A DNA stretch of 64,000 bases, from NCBI RefSeq assembly GCF_001194135.2, contig NC_068996.1, forward strand, positions 7,849,529-7,913,528, read 5' to 3'. This document shows, piece by piece, positions 51,511 through 64,000 of the stretch; the stretch's first letter is position 1; each line of letters opens with the position of its first letter. Both the position numbers and the translations under genes were made by a program. Under the pieces are notes generated by a model. It was not told the DNA's origin. It worked only from the letters and a program-made list of their open reading frames with translations, and did no database searches. This DNA is from Octopus bimaculoides. Its lineage: Eukaryota.

Positions 51511-51684
51511 TATATATACATATATACTACGGGCTTCTTTCAGTTTCCGCCTACCAAATCCACTCACTAGGCTTTGGTCAGCCCGAGGCTATAGTAGAAG
51601 ACACTTGCCCAAGGTGCCACACAGTGAGGCTGAACCCAGAACCATGTGGTTGGTAAGCAAGCTACTTACCGCACAACCACTCCT
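51268..51684 (-). mobile_element. SINE family A inserted in the (ATG)n tail of the RTE
   Basis: Full family A copy with gatgatgat on both flanks. Confidence 0.92.
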
Positions 51685-51879
51685 ATGATGATGATGATGA
51701 TGTATGTGTGGGGCATGTATATATGTATTACAAATGTATGAATTGTTCAGGAATTTCTTGCACTTTGTATACAGTAAATGCACAGGTAATATAAACATTA
51801 AGAGCACATGAGAAATAAATTATTTCAGATGTTCATAAGGCTCCTTGGAAATCGTTAATAGCTTCTGTGACTTTGATGA

Positions 51880-52110
51880 TCTAATTAGCACTGGAAGTGG
51901 GTGTTCTAAATGTATAGTAGCCAGAGTAAGGACATGCTTGGAAAAGTTCAAAAATCTTGTATATTTGCTTGCAATAAAGAGTTTCCTACCCCAGAGTGAA
52001 GGGCAGATTGTATGATGCTAGTGTATGAACTGTAATGCTGCATGATAGTCAGATGGGCCTTGAATGCAGATATTCATGAAACCTGGAAAGAAATGATGTG
52101 AACATTCTCT
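51880..52110 (+). mobile_element. RTE-clade RT C-terminal fragment (degraded)
   Basis: Remnants STGSGCS..IVARVR, RVKGRLYDA and VMLH..LERND resemble the RTE post-RT region. Confidence 0.6.
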
Positions 52111-52630
52111 ATTAAATGGATAACAATTTGCTATGTGCAACAGAAGCAGTATTAGTGTAAAATAGCAATCTTGTTATCATACTAAATGTAGATACAATAC
52201 AGAAAGCCTAGCTGACTGTGGTATTCGTCCTCCGGAGATAATATCTCCTATGGTTGTAGTGTATTTAAAGACACAAATATATCAGTAGCAAAAGAAAATA
52301 ATCCAGTGGTGGTGATGGTATTGCTAGATGTGTATTTCTGCCTTTTGGGACTTCATCAGTAGCAAGTACCCACTGACAATCACATGCTATGACAAAAGGA
52401 AAACAGTGATTGAGAAATCACTGATGTTGCAATTAGCTGGCCAGCTGAATAAAATGGATAATATTAATACATTAAATGTATAATGTTAATATGCATCAAC
52501 AATGGAGTAGAAATGAGCAGAGAGAAAAACTGAATATGGGAGTAACAGATGCAGTGTGCAAGAGAGAAGACTACACCGGTATGAACCTATGATGTGTAAA
52601 GGGAGTGGCAGTTCTTCAAAGAAGTGTCAC

Positions 52631-53040
52631 ATGCGCAGAAGTGGCTGTGTGGTAAGTAGCTCGTTTACCAATCACATGGTTTCGGGTTCAGTCCCACTGC
52701 ATGTCACCTTGGGCAAGTGTCTTCTACTATAGCCTCGGGTCAACTAAAGCCTTGTGAGTGGATTTGGTAGACGAAAACTGAAAGAAGCCTGTCGTATATA
52801 TGTATATGTATATATATATATATGTATGTTTGTGTGTCAGTGTTTGTCCCCCCACCACCACTTGACACCCAATGCTGGTGTGTTTATGTCCCCATAGCTT
52901 AGTGGTTCGGCAAAAGAGACCGATAGAATAAGTACTAGGCTTACAAAGAATAAGTCCTGGGGTCGATTTGCTCGACTAAAGGCAGTGCTCCAGCATGACC
53001 ACAGTCAAATGACTAAAACAAGTAAAAGAGTAAAGAGAGT
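52631..53040 (+). mobile_element. SINE family A, full length
   Basis: Head gcgcagaagtggctgtgtggtaag through tail aagtaaaagagtaaagagagt. Confidence 0.95.
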
Positions 53041-54090
53041 ATGCTCAATGTGAATGGAACCAGTAAAAGAAGGAGATCAAGGAAGACTTGAATCAAATCT
53101 AGCAGATTGATCTTAACCTTTTAGCATTTAAACTGGCTATATCCAACTGAAATATTTTATCTGTTTTATGTTCAAACTGGCCAGATCTGGTTTTTCACAC
53201 CTACCCTACAGTGTCATTCTGAAAATAAACAAAGACATCATTGAAATCTCAAAGCTATGAGATAATACTTGATTAATTCAAATGAATGCGAATACCTAAG
53301 CATACATTTGACAGAGTAATTTGAATGCTAAAGGTTTAAAACGTCCCATTCCACACAGATGACAAAACACAGTGACAATTGGTGATATAGTTTTGGAGGA
53401 AATCCAACCAACCATGAACAAAGTGAAATGTATCATAAAATTTGGGTAATGATGGAAGCTGTGTTCTATATCATATATCTACAGTTGAGCCTTATACCCA
53501 TTTTGTAACCCCAAAAGTTTTTATCTGTTGTTAGGGCTATCTTAGCATTTAGGCCCCCAGGCAAATCAATGTACTGGACCCTATAATATTTATCTCATGA
53601 CAGCAAATCACAACATACATAGATCATAAATGGATCCCTGTACCCATGGGTTTCTGAAGCAAACTTATGCACTATGCCCTTTTCTTTTTATTATTGACAG
53701 CACCACAATAAGCACAGATCGGGATTGGGCTCCTAAACACATGAGGTCTCTGAGCAAAACAATGCACTGGGCCCTACCATTTATCAACAGCACCATAATA
53801 CACAGAGATCAAAACTGGGTCCCTAGACCTGTAAGGTCTCAGGGCAACTGTCCAGTGTGCCCTTGCATCATGACAGCATTGTCTGCTACCCTTTTTACCT
53901 ATTCAGTACCCTCACATCTATCATTGCCCACCTCCTGTTTATTTCACTACGCTACCCATCTAATAAAGTAAAGCTTTAAATCTGGTCAGAGGCCATTCCT
54001 TCTACCACCATCCACATCTATTTAGTCCCCTCTTCCCTTTATTATATTACCTAAATAAACAAGGATTGCATGAAATTTGTTGGCATCCAT

Positions 54091-54494
54091 AAGCGCAGGA
54101 GTGATTGTGTGGTAAGTAGCTTGCTTACCAACTACATGATTCCGGGTTCATTCCCACTGCGTGGCTCCTTGGGCAAGTGTCTTCTCCTATAGCCTCGGAC
54201 TGACCAAAGCCTTGTGAGTGGATTTGGTAGACGGAAACTGAAAGAAGCCCGTCCTATATATGTATATACATATATGTATGTGTGTCAGTGTTTGTCTCCC
54301 CAACATCACTTGACAACCGATGCTGGTGTGTTTACATCCCCATAACTTAGTGGTTCGGCGAAAGAGACCGATAGAATAAGTACTAGGCTTCCAAAGAATA
54401 AGTCCTGGGGTCGATTTGCTCGACTAAAGGCAGTGCTCCAGCATGGCCGCAGTCAAATGACTGAAACAAGTAAAAGAGTAAAAGAGTAAAGAGT
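54091..54494 (+). mobile_element. SINE family A, full length
   Basis: Head through (aaagagt)n tail; short flanking repeat atcca. Confidence 0.95.
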
Positions 54495-54755
54495 ATCCAA
54501 TACACTCCTTCATTTATCCTTCTGTACAGCTTGCCATCACTCCCTTGCTGACATCATTCTCTTACATTGCCATAATAACTGCTCACTACATTTTTCTCTC
54601 CTTCACCGATGACCATTATCCCTTCCCTTAATACATCTAACTTCCAATGTCACCTCCTTCTCCCCACCAGTCAATGACTGACCTGGGGAAGAAGGCAGAT
54701 GTATAAGCATCCATCTTTCACTTTCACTTTCAACCTGTTCCACAACTATCTATCA

Positions 54756-54792
<37 letters not shown>

Positions 54793-54808
54793 TCTCTCTC
54801 TCTCTCCC

Positions 54809-54882
<74 letters not shown>

Positions 54883-55249
54883 TTCTGCTGTTACTGTCTA
54901 CCTCTCATTTTTCCTTCCACTTCCATACCATCATCCCGCAACCTTTGATTTCTCTTTCATATTCATACCATTTTCTCCATCTCACTCTCGTTTATCTTAT
55001 GTAATCACCTTTTCTATTTGACCATGTTATCAAGAACAAACAGTGGATACTCTAATCACCAAGGATCATTTATCACGTGGGCTTCAAGGTAACATCACTA
55101 ATGCTGGTTCTGCAATAATAAAAAAGAAAATTCCCTGTACAATCTGTAAAAATGGTTACAAAAAAGAGCAGAAAAAATTTCAAGGACACTTTTGTTTAAT
55201 CTTATGTTGGTGCCACAATATAATACTCCCAGTATATACTGTGTTAGTA

Positions 55250-55620
55250 TGGAGGTGCAATGGCCCAGTGGTTAGGACAGCGGACCCACAGTCATAGGAT
55301 CATGGTTTCAATTCCCAGACCGGGTGTTGTGAGTGTTGTGAGCTTTAGCTCCACGAGGCTCCGGCAGGGGATGGTGGCGAACCCTGCTGTACTCTTCCAC
55401 CACAACTTTCTCTCACTCTTTCTTCCTGTTTCTGTTGTGCCTGTAATTCAAAGGGCCAGCCTTGTCACACTGTGTCATGCTGAATATCCCCGAGAACTAT
55501 GTTAAGGGTATACTTGTCTGTGGAATGCTCAACCATTTGCACGTTAATTTCACGAGCAGGCTGTTCCATTGATCGAATCAACTGGAACCCTCATCGTCAT
55601 AACCAACGGAGTGCCAACCA
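55250..55620 (+). mobile_element. tRNA-derived SINE, family D
   Basis: Head ggtgcaatggcccagtggttaggacagcgg...ggtttcaattccc (A and B boxes) followed by a distinct body. Confidence 0.75.
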
Positions 55621-56018
55621 CCATACTGTGATATACTGGCACTCCATTGGTTACAACAAATGTTCTAGTTGATTCAGTCAATGGAAAAGCCTATTCCCAA
55701 AATTAAAGTACAAGCAGTTGAGTACTCTGCTGATATGTGTACCCATAATGTAGTTCTCAGGGAGATTGAGTATAACATGAAATGTGACATGGCTGGCCCT
55801 CTGAAATTCAGATACAACTCAGTTTTGCTAGCTGAATGCACTGGAGAAATAAAGTGTCTTGCTCAGGGACCTTTAGAGCATAAGCCAAATGCTCTAACCA
55901 CTAAGCCCAGCACCTTCGCATGCCATTATAAAATATTGTCCCAGACCTCTATAAAATTCACCCAGTAAATTCCCGATTGTTTAAATCCTTCTTTCTATTT
56001 TTGCATCTACAATTACTT

Positions 56019-56217
56019 ACTCTTTTTACTCTTTTACTTGTTTCAGTCATCCGACTGTGGCCATGCTGGAGCACTGCCTTTTAGTCGAGCAAATCGATCC
56101 CAGGACTTATTCTTTGGATGTCTAGTACTTATTCTATCGGTCTCTTTTGCCGAACCGCTAAGTTATGGGGGACGTAAACACACCAGCATCAGTTGTCAAG
56201 CGATGCTGGGGAGACAA

Positions 56218-56262
<45 letters not shown>

Positions 56263-56485
56263 TATATATATACATATATACGACGGGCTTCTTTCAGCTT
56301 CCTTCTGCTAAATCCACTCACAAGGCTTTGGTCAGCCCAAGGCTATAATAGAAGACACTTGCCCAAGGTGCCATGCAGTGGGAATGAACCCGGANNNNNN
56401 NNNNCAAGGTGCCATGCAGTGGGAATGAACCCGGAACCATGTGGTTGGTAAGCAAGCTACTTACCACACAGCCACTCCTGTGCCT
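56019..56485 (-). mobile_element. SINE family A (a small gap duplicates 30 bp)
   Basis: Full family A sequence; caaggtgccatgcagtgggaatgaacccgga appears on both sides of the Ns at 56395-56404. Confidence 0.93.
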
Positions 56486-56540
56486 GTGTAATAATTAATT
56501 TAATTTAATTAATTTATTGTTTGTACTAAATTTGTTAACA

Positions 56541-57853
56541 CAGTTGAAAATCCTTTATCTGAAATTCCAGAATCCAAAAGATTTTTGAATGCCAACTTGA
56601 TATTCCACCACTAGAATTGGAAAATTCCATAAAGTACTGGGGAGGTTCCACTAAATATATCTGTTGTGTGCCATTATCACACATGACTCCAACCACATTG
56701 GGTGGGGCTTTTCCAACTCAGGTGAGTTGGCCTCTTGGGGGAAGTTTGTTGTTAGCAATTGTCACAATAACACCTTAGCTGGTTATTCATTGTGATTACG
56801 ACCAGTTTTGTAAGTACCTTTAAAAATAAAATGGCATCATCTTTGTTTTATTTATTTGCAATTATGTTAAACACTTTGTTTCTTTTTTTAACCTTACATA
56901 AAATCTAATATTAAAAAATAAAATACAAACGGCATACATATACTGTAACCTTTTAATCAGAACGTTACATTACAGGTAGACTGATATATTACTTTTCAGA
57001 TGATATTATACATAAAAAAAGTTATTAAAAAATATATATATAACTACATTCAGGTTGTATTCTTTCATATTTTATTCTTTTACTTGTTTCAGTCATTTGA
57101 CTGTGGCCATGCTGGAGCACTGCCTTTAGTCGAACAAATTCACCCCAGGACTTATTCTTTGTAAGCCTTAGTACTTAATCTATCGATCTCTTTTCCCAAA
57201 CCGTTAAGTTACGGGGACGCAAACACACCAGCATCAGTTGTCAAGTGATGGTGGGAGGACAAACACAGACACACAAACACACATACATATATATATATAT
57301 ATATACATATATACGACAGGCTTCTTTCAGTTTCCGTCTACCAAATCCACTCACAAGGCTTTGATCAGCCCAAGGCTATAGTATAAGACACTTGCCCAAG
57401 GTGCCATGCAGTGGGACTAAACTCAGAACCATGTGGTTGGGAAGCAAGCTTCTTACCACACAACCACACCTGTGCCTTATGTGTAGACTATAATGATTTC
57501 AAATTTCAATTTCAAATTTTGGTAGAAGGCCACCAATTTTGGGGAAGGAGTAAATTGACTACATTGACCCAAGGGCTAAACTGGTACTTATTTTATCAAC
57601 ACCAAGAGGATAAAAGACAGAGTTGACCCTGGAGGAATTTAAGCTCAGACTGTAAATGCCAGAAGATATGCCACTAAACATTTTGTCTGGCACAATAACG
57701 ATTCTGCCACCTTGTTTCTATAATCTATATTATGAAATATAAATGGACATTGTGCTTAGAGTTGGGTCCTAACCCCAACCTGTCCCATTTTGCAGATGTA
57801 AATATAAAAATATTTTGAAATCAAAGGGATTTCAGGTAAGGGATTCTCAACTG
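56541..57853. mobile_element. Tigger-like non-autonomous DNA transposon with nested SINEs (family A 57075-57477; family B remnant about 57530-57715)
   Basis: TIR pair cagttgaaaatcctttatctgaaatt / gatttcaggtaagggattctcaactg. Confidence 0.7.
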
Positions 57854-57872
57854 CATAACACTTAATATGTTA

Positions 57873-58067
57873 GTCTTTTACTTGTTTCAGTCATGTGACT
57901 GTTGCTATGCTGGAGCATCACCTTTTAGTCAAACAAATTGACCTCAGGACTTATTTTTTAAAGCCTGGTACTTATTCTATCAGTCTCTTTTGTTGAACTG
58001 CTGAATTATGGGGACACAAACACACTAACACCAGTTGTCTGGCACATTGACACACACACACACACAT

Positions 58068-58099
<32 letters not shown>

Positions 58100-58272
58100 T
58101 TTTTCGATGAGTTTCTTTCAGGTTCTATCAACCAAATCCACTCACCAAATCCACTTACTATAGCCTAAGGCTATAGTAGAAGACACTTGCCCAAGATACC
58201 ACACAGTGGAACTGAACCCAGAGCCATGTGGTTGGAAAGCAAATTTCTTACCACACACCCACACCTGCACCT
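57873..58272 (-). mobile_element. SINE family A (older)
   Basis: Family A tail-to-head sequence with CpG decay. Confidence 0.88.
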
Positions 58273-58699
58273 ATGATTAAACTTTTATTTACATAAATTT
58301 GTCATACAGTAACATAATGATTTCTTTCAAAAGGTACAAAATCGATTTTGGTAAAATGGCGAGGGCACAGGAAATAAATTGTTTAACCTGCTTGTTTCTT
58401 TCATAGGTACAAGACTTGTTTTGAGTGTATAAGAATGGCTTATTGTCATTTGAAACAATCTCAGATTTTAGAGTCTGTTGTTTGATTGCTTCTCTCCATC
58501 ACCTTTGAAGGGTATGACAAACCAAGAATTTCATATGCACAGACTTTGAGGATTGATGAACTCAGAACACAGTAGTAAATTTAGTCTGGCATTTTAATGT
58601 CTCAGACATCAACCACCATCTAAAATATGATATAATTGCTTAATTAAAATAAATTACTGGGCCAGCTGTTATGGAGTTAATTGTGTGATTATAGCATAT

Positions 58700-58950
58700 T
58701 ACAGGTTGCAGTGGCAATGCTGGTAGCAGCAGCAGCAGTGATGGTGGTGGTGGCGACAGTAGTGGTGGTGGTGGTGGTGGCGGCAACAGTGGTAGTAGTA
58801 GTAGTTGTGTAGTGATGGTGGTTGCAATTGTAGCTGTTATTGCTGTTGTGATTGTTACTGTGTTGGTGGTGTGTTGTTTGTTAGTGTTGTTGCTTTTGCA
58901 GTTGTTTGTCATTGTTATTGTTGATGCTGCTGTTGTTACTGTTGTCATTT

Positions 58951-58981
<31 letters not shown>

Positions 58982-58990
58982 ATGATGTTT
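58700..58990. repeat. Compound trinucleotide array (GCA/GGT/GTA/GTT)
   Basis: Direct inspection; (GTT)n adjoins tgtttagccc, a repeat 3' end also seen at about 43110. Confidence 0.9.
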
Positions 58991-60354
58991 AGCCCTACTT
59001 GAGCTCTGATTGGAAAACCCATTCCTCCATGTTGTGAAGAAATGTCTTTCAGAATTATGTATCTTCAGGTTCAATTCCATGTATGCAACTCTTTGAACAA
59101 GTGCCTTCTACTATAACCTCAAATTAATCAATGCACACACACACCCCCACCCACCACCACCAAGTAAAATTTAGAAGGTGGAAACTGAACAGAAGGTGAT
59201 GAACTGGCAGAAACATTAGCACGCCGGGCGAGATGTTTAGCGGTATTTCGTCTGCCATTACGTTCTGAGTTCAAATTCCGCCGAGGTCAACTTTGCCTTT
59301 CATCCTTTCGGGGTCGATAAATAAAGTACCAGTTACACACTGGGGTCAATGTAGTCGACTTAATCCCTTTGTCTGTCCTTGTTTGTCTCCTCTATGTTTA
59401 GTCCCATGTGGGCAATAAAAAAATAGAAAACTGTACAGAAGCCAATAAGTGGGACTATTTTCATTCTTAAATGGTAGACTTAATCTTTCACCCTGCATAA
59501 AGGAACCACCTGGTCTTTGGGTGTCTTTAGCAGAGGTGTAGTCCCCAAGAATACTAACAAGTCTGTTGTAAATAGTCATGCCAGGTCTTCAGATAGAGGA
59601 AAATTTCTCCTCTTTCTCTGATCCATCATGAAAAAAAGAGAAAAATAACATTGGAGCTGTCCTTCTTCTAAGTAAGTTGTTAAAAAGATATTTCTTTTAA
59701 AAAGACATTCCATCCATAACTGTCCTGTCTGATACAGTATATCTATAACCACACAACCTAAAATCTTGTTTCCATCATATGAAAATGATAGGGTGGGAAG
59801 TTTTACTGCTATTTCTAGCAAACAGAGCGACTACTTAGAGGTCTCCCTTATGTCCTCTACTGGCTCTTTTATTAGATGCTTTCTTTTTGATGTCACCTGA
59901 AGAGAAAATAAAAGGACAATCTTGAATATGCATTCCTTCATTTGTTTCATTGTTTAATCTCTGTTTTTCCCTCATAGCATAGATTAGATAGGTAGATACA
60001 TGAGGTAGGATTTTCACAGCCAAATGCAAGCATGGCTTTATGGTAAAGAAGCTTGCTTCCCAACTATGTGGCTTGAGGCTCAGTACTGCTGTGAAGCACA
60101 TCGAGCAAGTGTTTTCTACTGTAATGCCAGCTATCAACAAAAGCATAACAAGCAGGTTTGGTAGTCAGTTTTGAAGGATGCAGTGCTCCGACAACTAACA
60201 ACTGATGCCAGCAGTTTTTTCCATACTTCAGCAACTCTTAGTGTGAAAAAGAGTTGCTGAAGTATGAGTGTTTGTATACATATACATACATACATACATA
60301 CATACATACATACATACATACATGGATGCATACATACATACATACATACATACA

Positions 60355-60385
<31 letters not shown>

Positions 60386-60518
60386 GATGGTAGTGATGAT
60401 GATTGGCTAGCTTTTTTTATATTTCTTTTCCATATTTCTCAAGAAGGAGTTGGATTCAGGAATCAGGTACCATTCTGGAAAAGTGGACATATTGATAAAT
60501 AGAAATGTTAGATGTAAG

Positions 60519-61137
60519 AAAGGCAGGTGAGCTGGCAGAAACGTTAGCAAGCCAGTCGAAATGCTTAGTGGTGTAAAATTATATATGAAGAAACAGTAAA
60601 ACGGTTAACAACATAATAAAATTAAGTTTTATTTTTGATGATGCTTGGTTATACAAATCCTGTGTCATTCAGGTTAACAGCCGCTGATTAATTTGTAGTC
60701 AGTATTGGAAGGTTAAGAGCTTCCTTGATGCATGCCGGAGGAGCAAATAGCTATCACATCGAAGGCATCGTGGTGAAGAGTGCTTCGCAAGGTGTTGTCA
60801 CGTCGAAGGTGTCATGCTCAAGAGGCTTAGAAAGTGAAACAAACTCTTTAAGTACTAGTTTTACTACGCATGCGCACTCGAGGGGCTTCTGGAAAAGGCA
60901 AGTCCCTTGCGCATGTGCAGATAGTACTTCCTCAATGGCGGCTATAATTTCGCGCCACTACAGTGGTATTTCGTCTGTCTTTACGTTCTGAGTTCAAATT
61001 TCACCGAGGTCGACTTTGCCTTTCATCCTTTCGGGGTTGATAAATTAAGTACCAGTTACGCATTGGGGTCGATGCAATTGATTTAATCCCTTGTTTGTCC
61101 CCTCTATGTTTAGCCCCTTGTGGGCAGTAAAGAAATA
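60519..61137 (+). mobile_element. SINE family B hosting a solo LTR
   Basis: 18-bp TSD with 1 mismatch (agaaatgttagatgtaag 60501-60518 / agaaacgttagatgtaag 61138-61155). Confidence 0.9.
60572..60962 (-). mobile_element. Solo LTR (391 bp, Ty3/Gypsy-like)
   Basis: TGTA...TACA termini, 4-bp TSD gtgg (60568-60571 / 60963-60966), CpG-rich, AATAAA on the minus strand near its 3' end. Confidence 0.85.
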
Positions 61138-61692
61138 AGAAACGTTAGATGTAAGCATGTATATATGGCTTGTTAAAAGTTATTATGCATAGGAGTATAC
61201 ATTCAAATACATTTAGGTAGAGATGTGGGAGAGTGTGTCCATGAGGAATAGAGTAGAAATTAATTGATATGGGGGGAAAAAATAAATAATCAGGAAAAGA
61301 ATTTAAGTTGAGAAGTGAGTTAGATAATAATAGAAGTCTATAAGTGAATGGAATTAGAGATTGATGGAAGAGTATTTGAGTTGTTATCTAGGTCTGTTTG
61401 TAAGATAATCTGAATGTTTTAAGAATTTTGTGGTTACAGCTTATTGTCAGTTTGTTTCTTTTGTTTAGAAGTTGTATGCTGGATGCTAGGATCTGGGTTG
61501 CCTCCTGCATGCACAATTGGCAAGGCCTTCTTTCTCTAGTGTAAGGGGTTGCATGCTTCACCATGCTCCAGTGGAGTGCATATTTAGCATTCTGGTTTTT
61601 TTTACCTCCATACTGTCATATGTACTCTACAAGTGATGTTGAATGTGCCAATCTTACATTTTCAAATGAGTGTTTGTTTATGTACACATACA

Positions 61693-61726
<34 letters not shown>

Positions 61727-61741
61727 ATCAAAATAAGCATA

Positions 61742-62499
61742 TAGGGGTGAGAGAGCAGACAGAAATCATGGTTGGTATAATCATAAACTCATGCAGTTTG
61801 GTAAAGGAAAACTTAAAACAAGATGTTGGCTGACAACTAAGGGGTCACCACTAGCAGACCATTGATAATGAAACAGCATATATAAAACTATACTGATATA
61901 TTTACTACATATATAAAAAAACTCTTTAGAATATAATTTTATTAATATATAATTAGAATGTTCTTTTACCTCAATACTCCTTTATTAATATCAGTATATA
62001 CCTATTAATCAATATTCATAGATATCATATGATTAGTTAGTTTTTTAAGTGTACAGTCTATATAAATATTAAACTGTCTTCTCAACGCTTCTAAAAAGCA
62101 AACTTCATTTGTTTGTTTATGTTTATCGTAATTAGAATTTAAATATTAAACTATTTCTGAATAATTTTCTTTTCTTTTCCTCCCTCTATTGTGGTATAAG
62201 TTTGGTATATGCTCAAAAGTATCCATAAATTTCTATCCTTTTGTTAATATATTCTTATTAATAACTCTATGAATAGCCATAAACTTTGTCTGTATACAAT
62301 ATAGCAACATTGTTTTAAAACTTTTAACTATAGTATTATATGATAAGACTTCCCCTGTTTCATTATCAATGGTCTGCTAGTGGGCGACCCCCCCCCCCCT
62401 TAGTTGTCAGTCAACACCTTGTTTTAAGTTTTCCTTTACCAAACCTCATGATTTTTATGACTATACCAACTATAATTTCTGTCTGCTCTCTCACCCCTA
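61742..62499. mobile_element. Fold-back element: about 135-145-bp inverted arms around an AT-rich core
   Basis: 61742-61876 is the imperfect revcomp of 62355-62499. Confidence 0.85.
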
Positions 62500-63552
62500 C
62501 TCCTAACAGATAATGCCCTTTATTCTCTTAAGCTTTAGATATACAAGATTGATATGATAGTCTATAAATTTAAACTAAAAGAACAAATAAAATCAGTGAC
62601 AGGCAGAGTCTTCTTTGACATTTTTGTTATTAGCTTCCATGATGTGGCTAAAGCAAGATGTTCTATGTCTGTCTCCCTAACCTCTGGGAGATTTTAGGTA
62701 TTATTACACTAATATGTCCATTTGTTTTAATTTAATCAAATTCTATGTTTTTGTGCAGCTGAAGATTGCTCTGCATTTTAAATTGATGTAATGATTATAT
62801 TGTTCAATTAAATGGAGTTCATGAAACGATCGTACTGCATTACCTCTGGATATCCTTGTTGCTTATTTTGAATTTAATCACCTTACTTTGAAATTGTATG
62901 GATAATACTGTACTAAATTCTGGTGCCTAAACTTAAGTACCATATTCACCTGAATCTATGTATGTATGTATGTATGTATGTATGTATGTATGTATGTATA
63001 CATGCATGCATGCATGTATCTATCTATCTATCTATATATANNNNNNNNNNNNNNNNNNNNNNNNNNNNNNNNNNNNNNNNNNNNNNNNNNNNNNNNNNNN
63101 NNNNNNNNNNNNNNNNNNNNNNNNNNNNNNNNNNNNNNNNNNNNNNNNNNNNNNNNNNNNNNNNNNNNNNNNNNNNNNNNNNNNNNNNNNNNNNNNNNNN
63201 NNNNNNNNNNNNNNNNNNNNNNNNNNNNNNNNNNNNNNNNNNNNNNNNNNNNNNNNNNNNNNNNNNNNNTCTAAAGGAGACTACGGCAGTGGTGCTGGAA
63301 ATTAATAGTTATCGCCAAGCCATCATGGCAGTCCCAAAATTAGGACGAAAGCTGCCGTGAATTAGCTCCAAGAAGCCATCGCCTCTAGCTAGCTATGTGA
63401 CACACGAAACCTGTGTCCTTTATAACCTTCGAACAGGGGAGGTCAGCAGCTTCCCCTTGCTGGTTTGGCATCTGCAGACTAGACTAGTTTCAGGGTGTTG
63501 CCCCTTGTCAATGCAGAGCAGCCAAGCTCCAGCCAGGCGGCGCTACTGACTG

Positions 63553-63590
<38 letters not shown>

Positions 63591-64000
63591 TTAAGGGTGG
63601 CAAGCTGGCAGAATCATTAGCACGCCGGGCGAAATTCTTAGTGGTATTTTGTCTGCTGTTACATTCTGTGTTCAAATTCTGCCGAGATTGACTTTGCCTT
63701 TCATCCTTTCGGAGTTGATTAAATAAGTACTTGTGTCCATGTTCAATGGTGAACACCCAGCCACTAGAGATAGCAAGAATTTGCTCTGCCTCACAATATA
63801 TTGAAAACCAAGTGACAGCCAGTCTGATGGTAAGAGTTCACTCTCCTGCTTGCAATATATATTGGGTGCAAATTGCATCAATAGCCAACTGGAAGAGAAT
63901 CTTCCTGAGATTAAAGACAGTAGTCATGCTGAACAGCCATGTTGAAATGACAATAAATATTACTTCTCAGTATAGTTACTAACTTTCATCTCTTGAGCCT

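Larger units (their letters stand above)
6082..63270. other. Assembly gaps (N runs)
   Basis: Major N runs at 6082-6959, 19926-20176, 23674-23772, 27777-28420, 35628-35956 and 63041-63270, plus 10-N gaps at 5707 and 56395. Most are flanked by microsatellites. Confidence 0.99.

Noticed and set aside
56365-56435. 30-bp direct repeat within a SINE head
   Set aside because: It flanks a 10-N gap, so it is a contig-overlap artefact.

Overview
AT-rich, microsatellite-dense eukaryotic draft-assembly DNA with several N gaps. The SINE families and simple repeats look like Octopus (inference, no search run). No host protein-coding gene could be identified with confidence, and almost all ORFs in the supplied track are microsatellite, gap or transposon translations. 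The window is mostly repeats: (i) at least four tRNA-derived SINE families (about 40 copies or fragments, often nested); (ii) decayed DNA transposons (two mariner DD34D, one DD37D/maT-like, one pogo/Tigger, plus Tc1, Tigger and piggyBac-type MITEs and a Helitron-like element); (iii) RTE LINE fragments; (iv) Penelope-like element (PLE) remnants; (v) a solo LTR. The most notable observations are these. A repeated element couples a tRNA-like Pol III head to a PLE-type minimal hammerhead ribozyme tail (4 loci). A 1.42 kb ORF1-only (HAL1-like) L1/Tx1 derivative with a CCHC knuckle sits in a SINE anticodon loop with a 15-bp target-site duplication (TSD). There is a near-perfect 48-bp hairpin, and a CpG-retaining domain at about 39-44 kb that contains a 46-aa signal-peptide/furin-site ORF and a possible first exon. 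Candidate host exons are reported at low confidence only.
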